From IMG/VR virus record IMGVR_UViG_3300005805_000047, positions 32,001 through 96,000 of that record: 64,000 bases of DNA; one strand, given 5' to 3'. Of the stretch, positions 38,219-48,170 are shown in pieces (the stretch's first letter is position 1; the number at the start of each line of letters is the position of its first letter). The DNA is from a virus. The notes under the pieces were generated by a model that saw only the letters and a program-made list of their open reading frames with translations, was not told where the DNA came from and ran no database searches. A program made the position numbers and the translations under genes.

Positions 38219-38740
38219 ATGCCAAAACACCACAAACACCAACCCTTTACTCACTACGGCGAGTACGACCAAATAGAACATCTTGTAAGGGATGTGTTGC
38301 TTATCCCCGAAATAGAGTGGGAAAGATTCACGTATCGACAAAAGAATATTGTCGGACACACGCACACACGAACTATCCCATTGCTCTTTGACCCAGTGAG
38401 GCTGAGCAGACCCAAAACACACAAGCACTATGGTGCATTTGAGCACTATTTGACCGAGATTTCCTTGCAGTTGGATATGGTTGTAAAAAGAGCAAACCTG
38501 GTGAAACTGTTGGCTCAATCGGAAATCCTCCCCCATTACGACAAGGGGGATTTTCTCAAATCCACTAGACGCATTCATCTGCCGATAACGACCAACGAAC
38601 ATTGTACTTTTATGGTAGGCGGAGAGGAAAAACACCTTCAAGTTGGTCATCTCTGGGAAATAAACAATACGGGAATGGAACATAGTGTCCACAACCGCGG
38701 CGACACCCATCGCATACACCTCATCATTGATGTGAGATAA
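38219..38740 (+). CDS. aspartyl/asparaginyl beta-hydroxylase-like 2OG-Fe(II) oxygenase
   Basis: ILPHYD (HxD), RIHLPI.TN, WEINN...HSVHN.G...RIHLIID. Confidence 0.85.
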   Translation: MPKHHKHQPFTHYGEYDQIEHLVRDVLLIPEIEWERFTYRQKNIVGHTHTRTIPLLFDPVRLSRPKTHKHYGAFEHYLTEISLQLDMVVKRANLVKLLAQSEILPHYDKGDFLKSTRRIHLPITTNEHCTFMVGGEEKHLQVGHLWEINNTGMEHSVHNRGDTHRIHLIIDVR

Positions 38741-38846
38741 TTTACCGTGTTCAGATTGTTGACCTATCGACTGAAAGCCTGGTTTTACGGGGTGTTGATT
38801 CGTTACTTTGAATTACGAACAACCCGTACACGAAAGGACGGCAAAC

Positions 38847-39260
38847 ATGAGTGAGAGGTTTTGGTACGGTGCGACCGTTCTTGGCGTTGTCGATGGCGAC
38901 ACCATTGATTTGATGATTGACTTAGGTTTTGATATTCACCACAAAATCCGAGTTCGCTTATACGGGGTGAATACTCCAGAATCACGGACCAAAGATGCGG
39001 CCGAGAAAGAATTGGGACTCAAAGCCAAGAAATTTACCAGTGACTGGTTGACCAATCACAAGTGGGTCTATCTAAACACCATTCCCGACAAGAACGACAA
39101 ATATGGCCGAATACTTGCGAAAATATACTCGTCAGACCAGATCAATGACCCCAAAACAGCCTGCCTAAATACGGACATAATCCAGGCTGGGTTGGCTAGA
39201 GAGTATTATGGTGTGGGCGACAAGACATGGATTGAATTCAAAACCAAGAAGGATCAGTGA
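38847..39260 (+). CDS. thermonuclease (SNase-like)
   Basis: VVDGDTID...DLGF...RVRLYGVNTPESRT...DKYGRILA; AAAGGA RBS. Confidence 0.9.
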   Translation: MSERFWYGATVLGVVDGDTIDLMIDLGFDIHHKIRVRLYGVNTPESRTKDAAEKELGLKAKKFTSDWLTNHKWVYLNTIPDKNDKYGRILAKIYSSDQINDPKTACLNTDIIQAGLAREYYGVGDKTWIEFKTKKDQ

Positions 39261-39266
39261 TCACTA

Positions 39267-39512
39267 ATGAGAAAAATTAGCAAACCGCTCGGTTGGACCC
39301 CCAAAGAAACCCCTTCCACAAACAACGGGATTGTAAACAAGGAAGAGCCAGCCAAGAAGAAGCGCAAGACAAAAGAAGTTGAGCCAGAGCCAGTTGTCGA
39401 AACATCGGCCGAGGAAGTCGCAACAGAGCCGGTGGTAGAACCAGCCGCAGTTGTTGCACCAGAAGCAGATGTAGAGCAAGCACCAGAAGCGCCTGCCGAA
39501 CCTGCATCCTGA
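39267..39512 (+). CDS. small Glu/Pro/Lys-rich hypothetical protein
   Basis: 81 aa; RBS upstream; low complexity. Confidence 0.55.
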   Translation: MRKISKPLGWTPKETPSTNNGIVNKEEPAKKKRKTKEVEPEPVVETSAEEVATEPVVEPAAVVAPEADVEQAPEAPAEPAS

Positions 39513-41432
39513 TTATTTGATTGGGCAGGCCCCCGTCGCACAATCATCAAGATCCAACTCTCCCGGCATGGCCACGAGGGGAACGCTGAAGTCAATCTTT
39601 GAGACCAACTTTTCGTATGTCTCTTGAGTGATTTCCTCGTACGGTGGCAACGGGAAGTTGTGATCGCTGTGGAGCAAGAATGAAACAGACTTCACGCCGG
39701 TGTCGTAGTTCTTCTCCAACCAACCCTTGATGTCTGGAAGTTCTTCCTTGCGGTAATAGACCGTTACCGATACGGCATTGTCTGCCCACTCGGTTTGAAG
39801 GCGCTTGACCCATTCCAATTGCTGTATTGCTGTCATTTCGGCAGCAAGAACGGCATTGTCTGGTGATTTACATGGGAAGTCAACAACGTAGCGAGTGTGA
39901 TCCTCTCGCCCATCAATACCAATATCCCACTGAACCTTATGTCCACGCTTACGACATTGATCAACCAACGAATCCGCAGAGCCAAAACGAACGCGACGGA
40001 TATAGTAACGAGCAAATGCTGGGTGGATACCCGGCGTAACACCCGGAAGTAGTGAAAGCGTTCCGGATGGCTGAACAGTGGTCAGCCGAACCGATTCGGG
40101 AAGGTTATTGGCCTTAGAGAACTTTTCATCAAATTTTCTAATGTTCTCATATGCCTTTGCCAGCCATGAAACCTGCTCTTCGCTTGCCTGAAGGATGCCG
40201 GTCACATTCTGTCCGAGACGAGCATTCTTTCTGACAATTTCAGTTGTCTTGGAATAAGGGTATTCAAGTCTCGTGACTTGCTTTTGAACTTTATAAAGCA
40301 ACTCTGATATTTCACACAGTTGCTTCAAGGATGTCACATTTGGTAAGTAAATGGTGGCCAAGTTGCATGACTCTCCATCTGCTAAGCCGATTTCGGCACA
40401 AGGGTTGAAACCCTCAATTGTTGGATCTGGTCGCTTCTCGCCCAAGCGCCCATATGTGCGCGCCAACTTGCGGTTTACGAGCCCGTACGGCTCGCCTGAG
40501 CCGTCGTAACCCTTCCAGAGTTCTGGAAGTATTTCGTCGTACGAGTCGGCATAAATGCTGTTATTTGAGTTCGCACGGTAAGCAGGAACAGTGCCGGTTG
40601 ACCAATTCTTGGCACGAATGAACAATACATCGTCTGGGTCGCCAATAGCAATCTGTGCCGATCGACGCGATGAGCCAGATACGACGATGCGGCCGATGAT
40701 GTTACAGATATCCAACACATCAATTGAGCGAAGTTTCTTGCCCTCCCGATTCCTGAGCACATTGCCAATGTCCTCAATTCCGTCGATAAGTGCCTGTGGA
40801 CCAGAAGCAGTTCCCCCAAAAGTTTTGAGTGGGGCACCGTACTGACGAATAAGGATTGTTGAGTATGAGAAGGATTTTCCAGTCTCAAAGAATGACTTAA
40901 GGACACTGTGAAGAAGCCTTCTCCAGCCCGACCTGCTATCAGGAACAATGATGTCAGCATCATTTGTTCTCTCGTGGGTTATGACGACACCCGGCTTGAC
41001 CTTTGGAAGGTCATGGATTTTCGACCGTTCAACCGAGAACCCCACGCCGCCGCCAAGCATGAGATAGTCAAACAACATTTCAAAGTCTTCAATCTTCTCA
41101 ATGTTCGTGAAATAACAGTTATTCAAAGAGGTTGCATTGAACTTACGTACTAGGGGTGTGCCAAGTTGCCATAGCGCACGACCAGAAAGCGAACAACGCA
41201 GGTTGTACATGTGATCGAAAAGTTTCTCGGCATCATCTTCGGACAACTGAGAACCAATTTCCAGTGCACCGTTAATTGCTCGTTCGCATGTCTCAAGCCA
41301 TGTCTCGTTGCGACCAGCCTCTTCAACAAAGCGACTATAAGTGCGCAGATAGACAATTTCTCCGAGTCCACCAAATCCCCACGGCGGCGTAACTCCTTTG
41401 TATGATTCGACAAACGATTGCTTCAATGACAT
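39513..41432 (-). CDS. nrdJ: class II (adenosylcobalamin-dependent) ribonucleotide reductase
   Basis: VYLRTYSR, SGRALW, LNNC, RRSAQI, NPCAE, TTVQPSGTLSLL, C-terminal C...ACP; no small subunit nearby. Confidence 0.92.
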   Translation of the reverse strand: MSLKQSFVESYKGVTPPWGFGGLGEIVYLRTYSRFVEEAGRNETWLETCERAINGALEIGSQLSEDDAEKLFDHMYNLRCSLSGRALWQLGTPLVRKFNATSLNNCYFTNIEKIEDFEMLFDYLMLGGGVGFSVERSKIHDLPKVKPGVVITHERTNDADIIVPDSRSGWRRLLHSVLKSFFETGKSFSYSTILIRQYGAPLKTFGGTASGPQALIDGIEDIGNVLRNREGKKLRSIDVLDICNIIGRIVVSGSSRRSAQIAIGDPDDVLFIRAKNWSTGTVPAYRANSNNSIYADSYDEILPELWKGYDGSGEPYGLVNRKLARTYGRLGEKRPDPTIEGFNPCAEIGLADGESCNLATIYLPNVTSLKQLCEISELLYKVQKQVTRLEYPYSKTTEIVRKNARLGQNVTGILQASEEQVSWLAKAYENIRKFDEKFSKANNLPESVRLTTVQPSGTLSLLPGVTPGIHPAFARYYIRRVRFGSADSLVDQCRKRGHKVQWDIGIDGREDHTRYVVDFPCKSPDNAVLAAEMTAIQQLEWVKRLQTEWADNAVSVTVYYRKEELPDIKGWLEKNYDTGVKSVSFLLHSDHNFPLPPYEEITQETYEKLVSKIDFSVPLVAMPGELDLDDCATGACPIK

Positions 41433-41507
41433 TGCGACCCCCTCGGGTTAGTAGTTGGTTTATGAGAATGTTTTTACGGCCCTCGGGGCTCTGGAGATGT
41501 TACTTGA

Positions 41508-41837
41508 CTATTTGGATAATCCAAGTTCGCGCGCTCGTGAAAGCGTCACGTAATCTCCCTTCCTGTGGATAAGTACCCTCGCCTTTGTGTAAGGCGTAAT
41601 TGGACGCTCTTCTGTTATGTCTTTTTCCACAAGTACCAATGGCTCCAGTCCATTTATCTGAGCTGGAAGCTTGTTTTCGGGTAACTCGCTTGAGTTGCCG
41701 GAGCAATCGCCAGTAGGGTGACCACACACAGGACACGGCTTCCTATCTGCCATTGAAATTTCAATATCTCCCAAGCGTCGCATATTGCGGGAATTGAATG
41801 ATTTGGAATCGTTATAGAACGGGTGACTAAAATCCAT
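41508..41837 (-). CDS. hypothetical protein with CPVCGHPTGDC motif
   Basis: 109 aa; TAAAAT 5 nt before ATG. Confidence 0.6.
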   Translation of the reverse strand: MDFSHPFYNDSKSFNSRNMRRLGDIEISMADRKPCPVCGHPTGDCSGNSSELPENKLPAQINGLEPLVLVEKDITEERPITPYTKARVLIHRKGDYVTLSRARELGLSK

Positions 41838-41855
41838 AACCCATTTTACTACTTG

Positions 41856-42497
41856 TCACTCAGAGTTACCGCTGTAAAAATCATAAATTTGAAACCCTTC
41901 ATCGGCTATCTGTTGGGCAACATCGTCCCTAGTTGCATCATCATGCTCCATCGCAATCTTTTCAATAATTGACCTGACCAGCATGGCTGGGAAAATGCTT
42001 TCCCTGAATAACTTTGATGCCTCGTTTGGTGTGGCAATCATCTTGTGCCAAACAACCGTTTTCTTGTCGTATGAATAAGGCATCGCCACAACCGAAATTT
42101 GTGGCCTATCGCCATACATGAATGCATGGGAAAGCGTCACACACTCTGAGACCTTTTCGTTTTTAGTAAATGCCTCCCGAAGGCTTTTGCCACTCGTGGC
42201 TATGGGGTCATAGGACAAGAACCCTTCGGCAACCATGGTTATTTCATCAATACCCCAGTATTGCCTTAGTGCAGTACACAATCGATATGACTTATCAAAC
42301 CTTTCAAACAGATCCAAGTTCATAAGTTCGTAATCCATTTGTACGGTAATGGCTAAATCGTTGTGTTTCCAGCCAAAAAAGTGAAATGGGAGATCTTCCC
42401 CCACCCCCCTTTCCTTTACAACATCGGATTTGACCTGCCTATACGAGGTCGTCAAGAGGGCAAGTTTCTTGGCATCGTCCCCGTATTTGTCTTCCAC
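41856..42497 (-). CDS. hypothetical protein
   Basis: 213 aa ORF. Confidence 0.65.
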   Translation of the reverse strand: MEDKYGDDAKKLALLTTSYRQVKSDVVKERGVGEDLPFHFFGWKHNDLAITVQMDYELMNLDLFERFDKSYRLCTALRQYWGIDEITMVAEGFLSYDPIATSGKSLREAFTKNEKVSECVTLSHAFMYGDRPQISVVAMPYSYDKKTVVWHKMIATPNEASKLFRESIFPAMLVRSIIEKIAMEHDDATRDDVAQQIADEGFQIYDFYSGNSE

Positions 42498-42560
42498 GCA
42501 GAGAAACTAGCGCAAAAGGGGTTCCCGGCAGTGGACGAATAATGTGTAAACTTGACCAAC

Positions 42561-42809
42561 ATGACAACCAAAAAGCCAACCAAGAAAAAGACCGCTCCGA
42601 AACCAGCAGCAAAAAAGACTGCGACAAGGAAGAAGGCAGCGCCAAAACAGAAGCAGAATCTGGACAAGGATGAGCAACGCTCTGTTGATTTCACGCATCA
42701 GCACGAGGCAGCACATGTGGCCGCCGCTGAAACGGTGAAGATCAATATCATTGGGACACCGAAAAAGAAGAAGAGTCTCTGGCGAAGAATTGTGGGTTTC
42801 GGTTTTTAG
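42561..42809 (+). CDS. small Lys/Ala-rich protein (histone H1-like low complexity)
   Basis: TTKKPTKKKTAPKPAAKKTATRKKAAPK. Confidence 0.55.
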   Translation: MTTKKPTKKKTAPKPAAKKTATRKKAAPKQKQNLDKDEQRSVDFTHQHEAAHVAAAETVKINIIGTPKKKKSLWRRIVGFGF

Positions 42810-42835
42810 ACCCTCGCGCACTCTATGCTGAGTGC

Positions 42836-43858
42836 ATGCAATTAAGTTCATTTTCGCACTCGGAGCGAATACTTCCATGGCACCGGCTGGGAACTGCCGT
42901 ACCAGTGGGGGCAAGTGTTGACCAAATGCTTGATGCCGCCTACTGCAATTACGATGTATTCACGACAAATGTTGCGGCAGTTGATGCCGAGGGCAACATG
43001 CTTTACGGCTCAGATGGCAAACCCGTAATTATCGAAGACTCACGAGCAACAATTCGATCCAACCCGGATGGTTCATTTAGGGGAATCTCCACTGTCGGCA
43101 CAAGGTACGTGGTTCAACAAAACAGAGAGGTACTTGAGCGAGCAGCTTCGGTTGCCCGCATAATGCAGGGACTACGAGAGGACGAAACCATCAGGGTTGA
43201 TTCCTGTGGAAGCATTGGGGAAGGCCGAGAATTTTTCGCCACCATCCATTTGGGTGAAAGCATCGTTGACCCAACAGGCATTTCCGACAAACTTGATGAG
43301 TACTTAATTGTTCGGAACGGGCACGACGGAAAAACCCCAATAACATTTGTCAATACACCGATACGAGCAGTGTGTAAAAATGCAGTGCTCGTGGCAGTTA
43401 ATGAAGCAACCAAAAAAGTAACTGCCCGACACACCAAAAATGCAGACTTCGTGGTCAATGATGGGTTGGCCGTTGCCAAACAGTGGGCAGATTTGTCCAA
43501 AAAAACGAAACAAGTTGCCGAACAAATGGTTCGCATACCCATACGAAACAACGACACGGTTGTACAAACTGCCAAACATATTCTGTCGAGAGGTGCCGGC
43601 AAGAAAAGCAAGAAACATCTAGATGCAACGATTGATGCAATTGTGAATCTTTACTCAAGCCCACGCAACTCGTCTGGTTACGGGGCAAATGGGTGGTCCC
43701 TTTATAACTCGGTTATTGAATATCTGGATCACGAGCGTGATTCAAATGCAAAAGACAGAGCCGAAACGACCATGGACTCAACATCTTGGGTAAGTAAGAA
43801 AAAGCTTACCACAGCACAGTATGTGCTTGCACTAAGCGAGCATAAATCTGTGGGATGA
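42836..43858 (+). CDS. DUF932-family (phage/plasmid-like) protein
   Basis: PWHRLG, VG.RY.V.QN, NGHDG.......TPIRAVCKN, RHT, GW.LYN.V.EYLDH. Confidence 0.85.
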   Translation: MQLSSFSHSERILPWHRLGTAVPVGASVDQMLDAAYCNYDVFTTNVAAVDAEGNMLYGSDGKPVIIEDSRATIRSNPDGSFRGISTVGTRYVVQQNREVLERAASVARIMQGLREDETIRVDSCGSIGEGREFFATIHLGESIVDPTGISDKLDEYLIVRNGHDGKTPITFVNTPIRAVCKNAVLVAVNEATKKVTARHTKNADFVVNDGLAVAKQWADLSKKTKQVAEQMVRIPIRNNDTVVQTAKHILSRGAGKKSKKHLDATIDAIVNLYSSPRNSSGYGANGWSLYNSVIEYLDHERDSNAKDRAETTMDSTSWVSKKKLTTAQYVLALSEHKSVG

Positions 43859-43862
43859 TGGT

Positions 43863-44294
43863 GTGACGACCGAAAGAGAGGCCGACATGCCAAACGATAA
43901 GGGTGGAGAGCCAGCAGATCAACCAGAATCCATCTTTGACCACCTTGCGGCGGCGATGGATGGTGAATCTCAGCAGGCACTGGCCTACAGGCATGATTTG
44001 TGCCTCATGCTTGCTGGCAAAATCAAGTCAGAATTTGGCGTGGAGGGGCTCTGTGAGCTCATTACAGGCATAGACGAAGCAGGTGGCTGGATTAGTGACA
44101 TACTGCTTGAATCGGGGGACATTGATGACTTCTTGTTCGCCCAGCACGGTGTGTATATTCAGGACTCAATCAATTTGGCACGAAAGACCGAGGCAATGAA
44201 GAAATTTCAGCGTTCTCTCTGGTCTGCAAGGCGTCGTTATGCCAAGATGATGGCAGAGGAAATCTATGCCAAATCAATCGGAACGACTGCGTAA
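43863..44294 (+). CDS. hypothetical protein
   Basis: 143 aa ORF. Confidence 0.6.
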   Translation: MTTEREADMPNDKGGEPADQPESIFDHLAAAMDGESQQALAYRHDLCLMLAGKIKSEFGVEGLCELITGIDEAGGWISDILLESGDIDDFLFAQHGVYIQDSINLARKTEAMKKFQRSLWSARRRYAKMMAEEIYAKSIGTTA

Positions 44295-44325
44295 AAAACC
44301 CACCAGTCAAAAACAAATCTAACCG

Positions 44326-44718
44326 ATGAGTACCGGAAGGTCATCGGCACCCAAGCTCGCCGTCGTACGAGTTGATCGTGTTGGTCCTTGGGGTTCCGTC
44401 TATTATCACCACCTACTTGAATGCAGTCACACTGAAATTCGAAGGCGCTGCGCCAAGGTGGGTGACAAAATTGCCTGTGTGCGATGTCAGGAAATTCTTG
44501 AACGCCGCTCTGCCTTAGCAGACATGGCATCTATAAGTCAAGCATTTCATACCGATGAAGATATTGCCGCTGAAATGACACAGGAAGCCAGAATAAAGGC
44601 AAATGTCGCCGCAATGCTCGGTGTTCCAGCAGACACTGTTGATGTGGACTTACACCCAGCTCGCCGAATAACGATTTTCCTTTCAGCGCAGGAGGTGTCT
44701 AGACTGTCGGGAACTTAA
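44326..44718 (+). CDS. hypothetical protein with Cys/His (LECSH...CVRC) motif
   Basis: 130 aa ORF. Confidence 0.6.
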   Translation: MSTGRSSAPKLAVVRVDRVGPWGSVYYHHLLECSHTEIRRRCAKVGDKIACVRCQEILERRSALADMASISQAFHTDEDIAAEMTQEARIKANVAAMLGVPADTVDVDLHPARRITIFLSAQEVSRLSGT

Positions 44719-44735
44719 ACGACAGAGGAGGGGAA

Positions 44736-45026
44736 ATGTTTGAGAATGCTTCATGCGCAGGACAACCAACAGAGTGGTGGTTTCCCGTTAGGGAGGGAAA
44801 AAATCGAGCACAACTTTCAGAGATATCCCTGAATATGAAAACAGCGATGAAAATTTGCCGAGAGTGTCCAGCCTGTACAGAATGCCTGAGTTACTCACTG
44901 GAGCACAACGAAGTCGGCATCTGGGGTGGAATGGGAGAGAAGAGTCGCAAGCGAGCCAGAAGAATGATTCGAATGGGAACGCCAATTGAAACAGTCAAAG
45001 AACTTTTGGTTGGTGGTCCAAGTTGA
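44736..45026 (+). CDS. whiB: WhiB-family transcription factor
   Basis: C......WFP...A..ICRECPA..ECL.Y.L....GIWGG....R; GAGGAGG RBS. Confidence 0.92.
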   Translation: MFENASCAGQPTEWWFPVREGKNRAQLSEISLNMKTAMKICRECPACTECLSYSLEHNEVGIWGGMGEKSRKRARRMIRMGTPIETVKELLVGGPS

Positions 45027-46702
45027 TCCCAATCACAGATGTCCTATCGCGCCTAAACGGCGTAAAGGGTGGAGACGGTCAATGGAGTGCGCGTTGTCCA
45101 TGTCGCAATGATGACAACAACCCATCTCTGTCAATAGCAGAAGAAAATGGTCGCATTCTCATGCACTGCCATCGCGGTAGCGGTTGCGACGTATTCAAAA
45201 TTTGCGAAAGTATTGGGGTCAAGGTCGGCGACATCATGCCGGACGACCCAAAACCGAAGGGTGGCGGTCTAACGCAGGTCGCCACATACGACTACATCAA
45301 CGAAGATGGGGAGTTGTTGTTCCAAAAGGTGAGGTACCTCGACGAAAACGGGAAAAAAACCTTCCGCCAACGACGACCCAAATCAAGTGGTGGTTGGGAA
45401 TACGACCTCAATGGAACACCAAAGATTCTTTACAATCTTCCACAAGTGCTTCGTGCAAAAGCAGACAAGATTCCCATTCTGGTTGTTGAAGGCGAAAAAG
45501 ATGTAGACACACTGTCGCAACTGGGCGTGGTGGCAACAACGATGCCTGGTGGTGCTGGAAAGTGGCTTGATATACACACAGAAGCACTTGCTGGTGCCTT
45601 GGTTGATGTTATTGCCGACAACGATGAGGTTGGTAGGGAACATGCATCTTCGGTCGCAACGGCACTTGCAAATGCTGGGTGTGACGTGGCGACATTTGTA
45701 TGCCCCAACAACAAGGACATAACAGACCACCTACGCGCTGGTGGAACCATGTCGGAACTTGTCCCTCTTGAATCGGTTGCAGTTATTCCAGAGAGGGATT
45801 CACGCGACGATGCCCTTGATGCCATAGCTGACCTAATTGGTAGTTCAGCAAAAACTTCGGAGAAACTCGTTCGTATTCGAATGATTGCCAATGGTTCGGC
45901 AGCAGAAATGCCTCTCGATCAAGGTCGCCTCGTGTTCTGGCCAGAGTTTATTCGTGAAAAAGATGACAACAATTTTGAATGGGTTATACCTGGTCTAATT
46001 GAAAGAAGCGAACGGGTTATTGTCGTCGCCGCCGAGGGTGTCGGCAAAACTATGCTTGCCCGACAAGTCTCAATTCTTTCTGCTTGTGGACTACATCCAT
46101 TTTCATTTCAGCCGATACGCCCAATCCGAACCCTGTTCGTTGACCTAGAAAACCCAGAGCGAATTATCAAGAGAATCTCGCGCAAGATATTTGATGAAGC
46201 AATGAAGTTGAGCCGAATGACCGGAACTCCAGAAGCTCACCTCTTTATGAAACCTGCCGGACTTGATCTTCTTCGTGATGGCGATCGTGCCTTGTTGGAA
46301 AAGCGACTTGAGGAGACAAAACCAGAACTTATATGTATCGGCCCTCTTTACAAGTCTTTTGTAGACCCAGGTGGCAGAACATCTGAGGCGATTGCCATTG
46401 AGGTCGCAAAATACCTTGACGACATTCGCACCGCCTATAAATGTGCCCTCTGGATTGAGCACCATGCCCCACTTGGAAGCACAATGGCAACACGGGATTT
46501 GCGACCCTTTGGTAGTGCTGTGTGGTCGCGTTGGCCAGAATTTGGTATTGCTCTGCATCCTGCGATAGGGGCGGCCTTTACTTACGACGTTAAACACTTC
46601 CGGGGTGCTCGCGACGAGCGTCCGTGGCCCTTGGTACTAGCCAGAGGCAGGCAATTCCCGTTTGACACGGTTTCGTTCACCGAGGTAACGACGCACTACT
46701 AA
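45023..46702 (+). CDS. primase-helicase (Zn finger, TOPRIM, RecA/AAA_25 helicase)
   Basis: ARCPC..D.NPSLS...HCH..GC; VEGEKD; ADND..G; AAEGVGKT; VDLEN. Confidence 0.88.
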   Translation: MIPITDVLSRLNGVKGGDGQWSARCPCRNDDNNPSLSIAEENGRILMHCHRGSGCDVFKICESIGVKVGDIMPDDPKPKGGGLTQVATYDYINEDGELLFQKVRYLDENGKKTFRQRRPKSSGGWEYDLNGTPKILYNLPQVLRAKADKIPILVVEGEKDVDTLSQLGVVATTMPGGAGKWLDIHTEALAGALVDVIADNDEVGREHASSVATALANAGCDVATFVCPNNKDITDHLRAGGTMSELVPLESVAVIPERDSRDDALDAIADLIGSSAKTSEKLVRIRMIANGSAAEMPLDQGRLVFWPEFIREKDDNNFEWVIPGLIERSERVIVVAAEGVGKTMLARQVSILSACGLHPFSFQPIRPIRTLFVDLENPERIIKRISRKIFDEAMKLSRMTGTPEAHLFMKPAGLDLLRDGDRALLEKRLEETKPELICIGPLYKSFVDPGGRTSEAIAIEVAKYLDDIRTAYKCALWIEHHAPLGSTMATRDLRPFGSAVWSRWPEFGIALHPAIGAAFTYDVKHFRGARDERPWPLVLARGRQFPFDTVSFTEVTTHY

Positions 46703-46708
46703 CAGCAA

Positions 46709-47362
46709 GTGCTGTGCCAACATGGTTATGTGGAAATATCAAAACCAATGAACAGAGAGTTGCTTGCTGAGCGCGATGCAAGAATATTTGCCCTAAAGAA
46801 GGCTGGTGTGTCCAGTCGGGAAATTGCCAAGCGTTTTGATATGACGACGTCTGCTGTGGGCAAAGCCATTCAACGCCAATTGGAAAAACTGAACCAAGAG
46901 AGTCGTTTGAATTATGTTGAAGTTCTCAGAATGGAACTAGAGAGACTCGATGCTCTCCAAGCCTCAATTTGGCCAATGACCCAGAACCGCAAACAATCCA
47001 ACCCTGACGGTACAGAGGTGAGCATTGAGCCAGATTTGAAAGCAGTTCAACAGGTTCTGTCGGTAATGGATCGGCGCTCAAAATTGCTCGGAATGGATCG
47101 AATGAATGTCAATGTAAACCTGAACGATGCCTCATCTTCGGCAGGAAACATTAGGGTCACGCTTGCTGGGGCAGAAAAAGCCGCCTCAGAAATTGACATT
47201 CACTCACCAGAGGAAGATGCCAAGAGACTTATTGGTTTAATGATGCAGGCAGGAATACTGCCGTCAGAGGAACTTGCTGCTATAGCATCAAAGAGCGGGG
47301 TGATTTTAGATGCCGAAATCTTGGAAGAGACCAACGACGGAAGTGGTGGAAGCGATGAATGA
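46709..47362 (+). CDS. HTH DNA-binding protein (possible terminase small subunit-like)
   Basis: LKKAGVSSREIAKRF.....AV; ELERLD.L...IW; MDRRSKLLG.D. Confidence 0.65.
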   Translation: MLCQHGYVEISKPMNRELLAERDARIFALKKAGVSSREIAKRFDMTTSAVGKAIQRQLEKLNQESRLNYVEVLRMELERLDALQASIWPMTQNRKQSNPDGTEVSIEPDLKAVQQVLSVMDRRSKLLGMDRMNVNVNLNDASSSAGNIRVTLAGAEKAASEIDIHSPEEDAKRLIGLMMQAGILPSEELAAIASKSGVILDAEILEETNDGSGGSDE

Positions 47363-47672
47363 TGTTGTATCCGAAATGACAGACACGAACATCAAGCCTG
47401 TCACTCCGACCGATGACGAACCGGGATCGCCGGCAGACAAGCAGATGTTGGTGCGGTGTACCGAGGCAGAAAAAGAACTTTGGAAAAAGGCGGCCGATAC
47501 AAACAAGGAGACACTTGCGGCCTATGTCCGCCGTGTGCTTACCAAGGATGCAGAAATTGCAACAACCTGCCAACACCCCAAATACCAAGTGAGGTTTTAC
47601 CCTTGGGGCAATCCACAGTTTTATTGCCTTCAGTGCTCATCCCGTATTTCCATGGAGCAAATAGGTAGTTAA
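47355..47672 (+). CDS. ribbon-helix-helix-like protein with C-terminal Cys motif
   Basis: QMLVRCTEAEKELWKKAA......LAAYVRRVL; C.H...C..C. Confidence 0.55.
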   Translation: MNDVVSEMTDTNIKPVTPTDDEPGSPADKQMLVRCTEAEKELWKKAADTNKETLAAYVRRVLTKDAEIATTCQHPKYQVRFYPWGNPQFYCLQCSSRISMEQIGS

Positions 47673-47691
47673 TTTCATAGTACAATAGTAA

Positions 47692-47886
47692 GTGTCACGC
47701 TTACGAATCCTCATTATTGCCACGAGTTTCCTTGTCGCTGGCTGCGGTTACGACGGACACTACAGATATGAATGTCAAGACCCAGCAAACTGGGAATCCA
47801 AGGATTGCAATCCGCCAATATGCAAGGTTGACGGTGCCTGCTCAAAGGATTTGATCGGCTTTGACTGGGAGGAGGAAAACCCATGA
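47692..47886 (+). CDS. small putative lipoprotein
   Basis: Basic N-terminus, hydrophobic stretch, LVAGC lipobox, four further Cys. Confidence 0.65.
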   Translation: MSRLRILIIATSFLVAGCGYDGHYRYECQDPANWESKDCNPPICKVDGACSKDLIGFDWEEENP

Positions 47887-48167
47887 AAGCGAAATACACC
47901 CCAGAGGATCTAGACGCCAGGCTGAAATTTATCGTCGGCTGCGTTCTAGGATTCGTGCTTACGGTTACAACAATCGGAGTTCTCTACGCCCTAGTATTCG
48001 TCACACAACCAATCGGCGTCCAGTCAGAGAATGACAAGATGTTCTTCGGTGTGCTTTCATCGGTCGCAACATTCATAACTGGAACACTTGCTGGGTTGAT
48101 GATTTCAACTGGTCGCAACAAGGAACACCAAGAGGATGTGGCCGGCGAGGAAGCAACCAGCGAATAA
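47883..48167 (+). CDS. two-TM membrane protein
   Basis: Two hydrophobic segments; ATGA overlap with the lipoprotein gene. Confidence 0.7.
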   Translation: MKAKYTPEDLDARLKFIVGCVLGFVLTVTTIGVLYALVFVTQPIGVQSENDKMFFGVLSSVATFITGTLAGLMISTGRNKEHQEDVAGEEATSE

Positions 48168-48170
48168 GTT

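Noticed and set aside
37874-38719. 281-aa minus-strand ORF and the many other short antisense ORFs in the track
   Set aside because: They overlap well-supported genes on the opposite strand and show no recognisable motifs
39513-41500. Intein, intron or cobalamin riboswitch associated with nrdJ
   Set aside because: The protein is compact with no splicing motifs, and the upstream gap is under 70 bp
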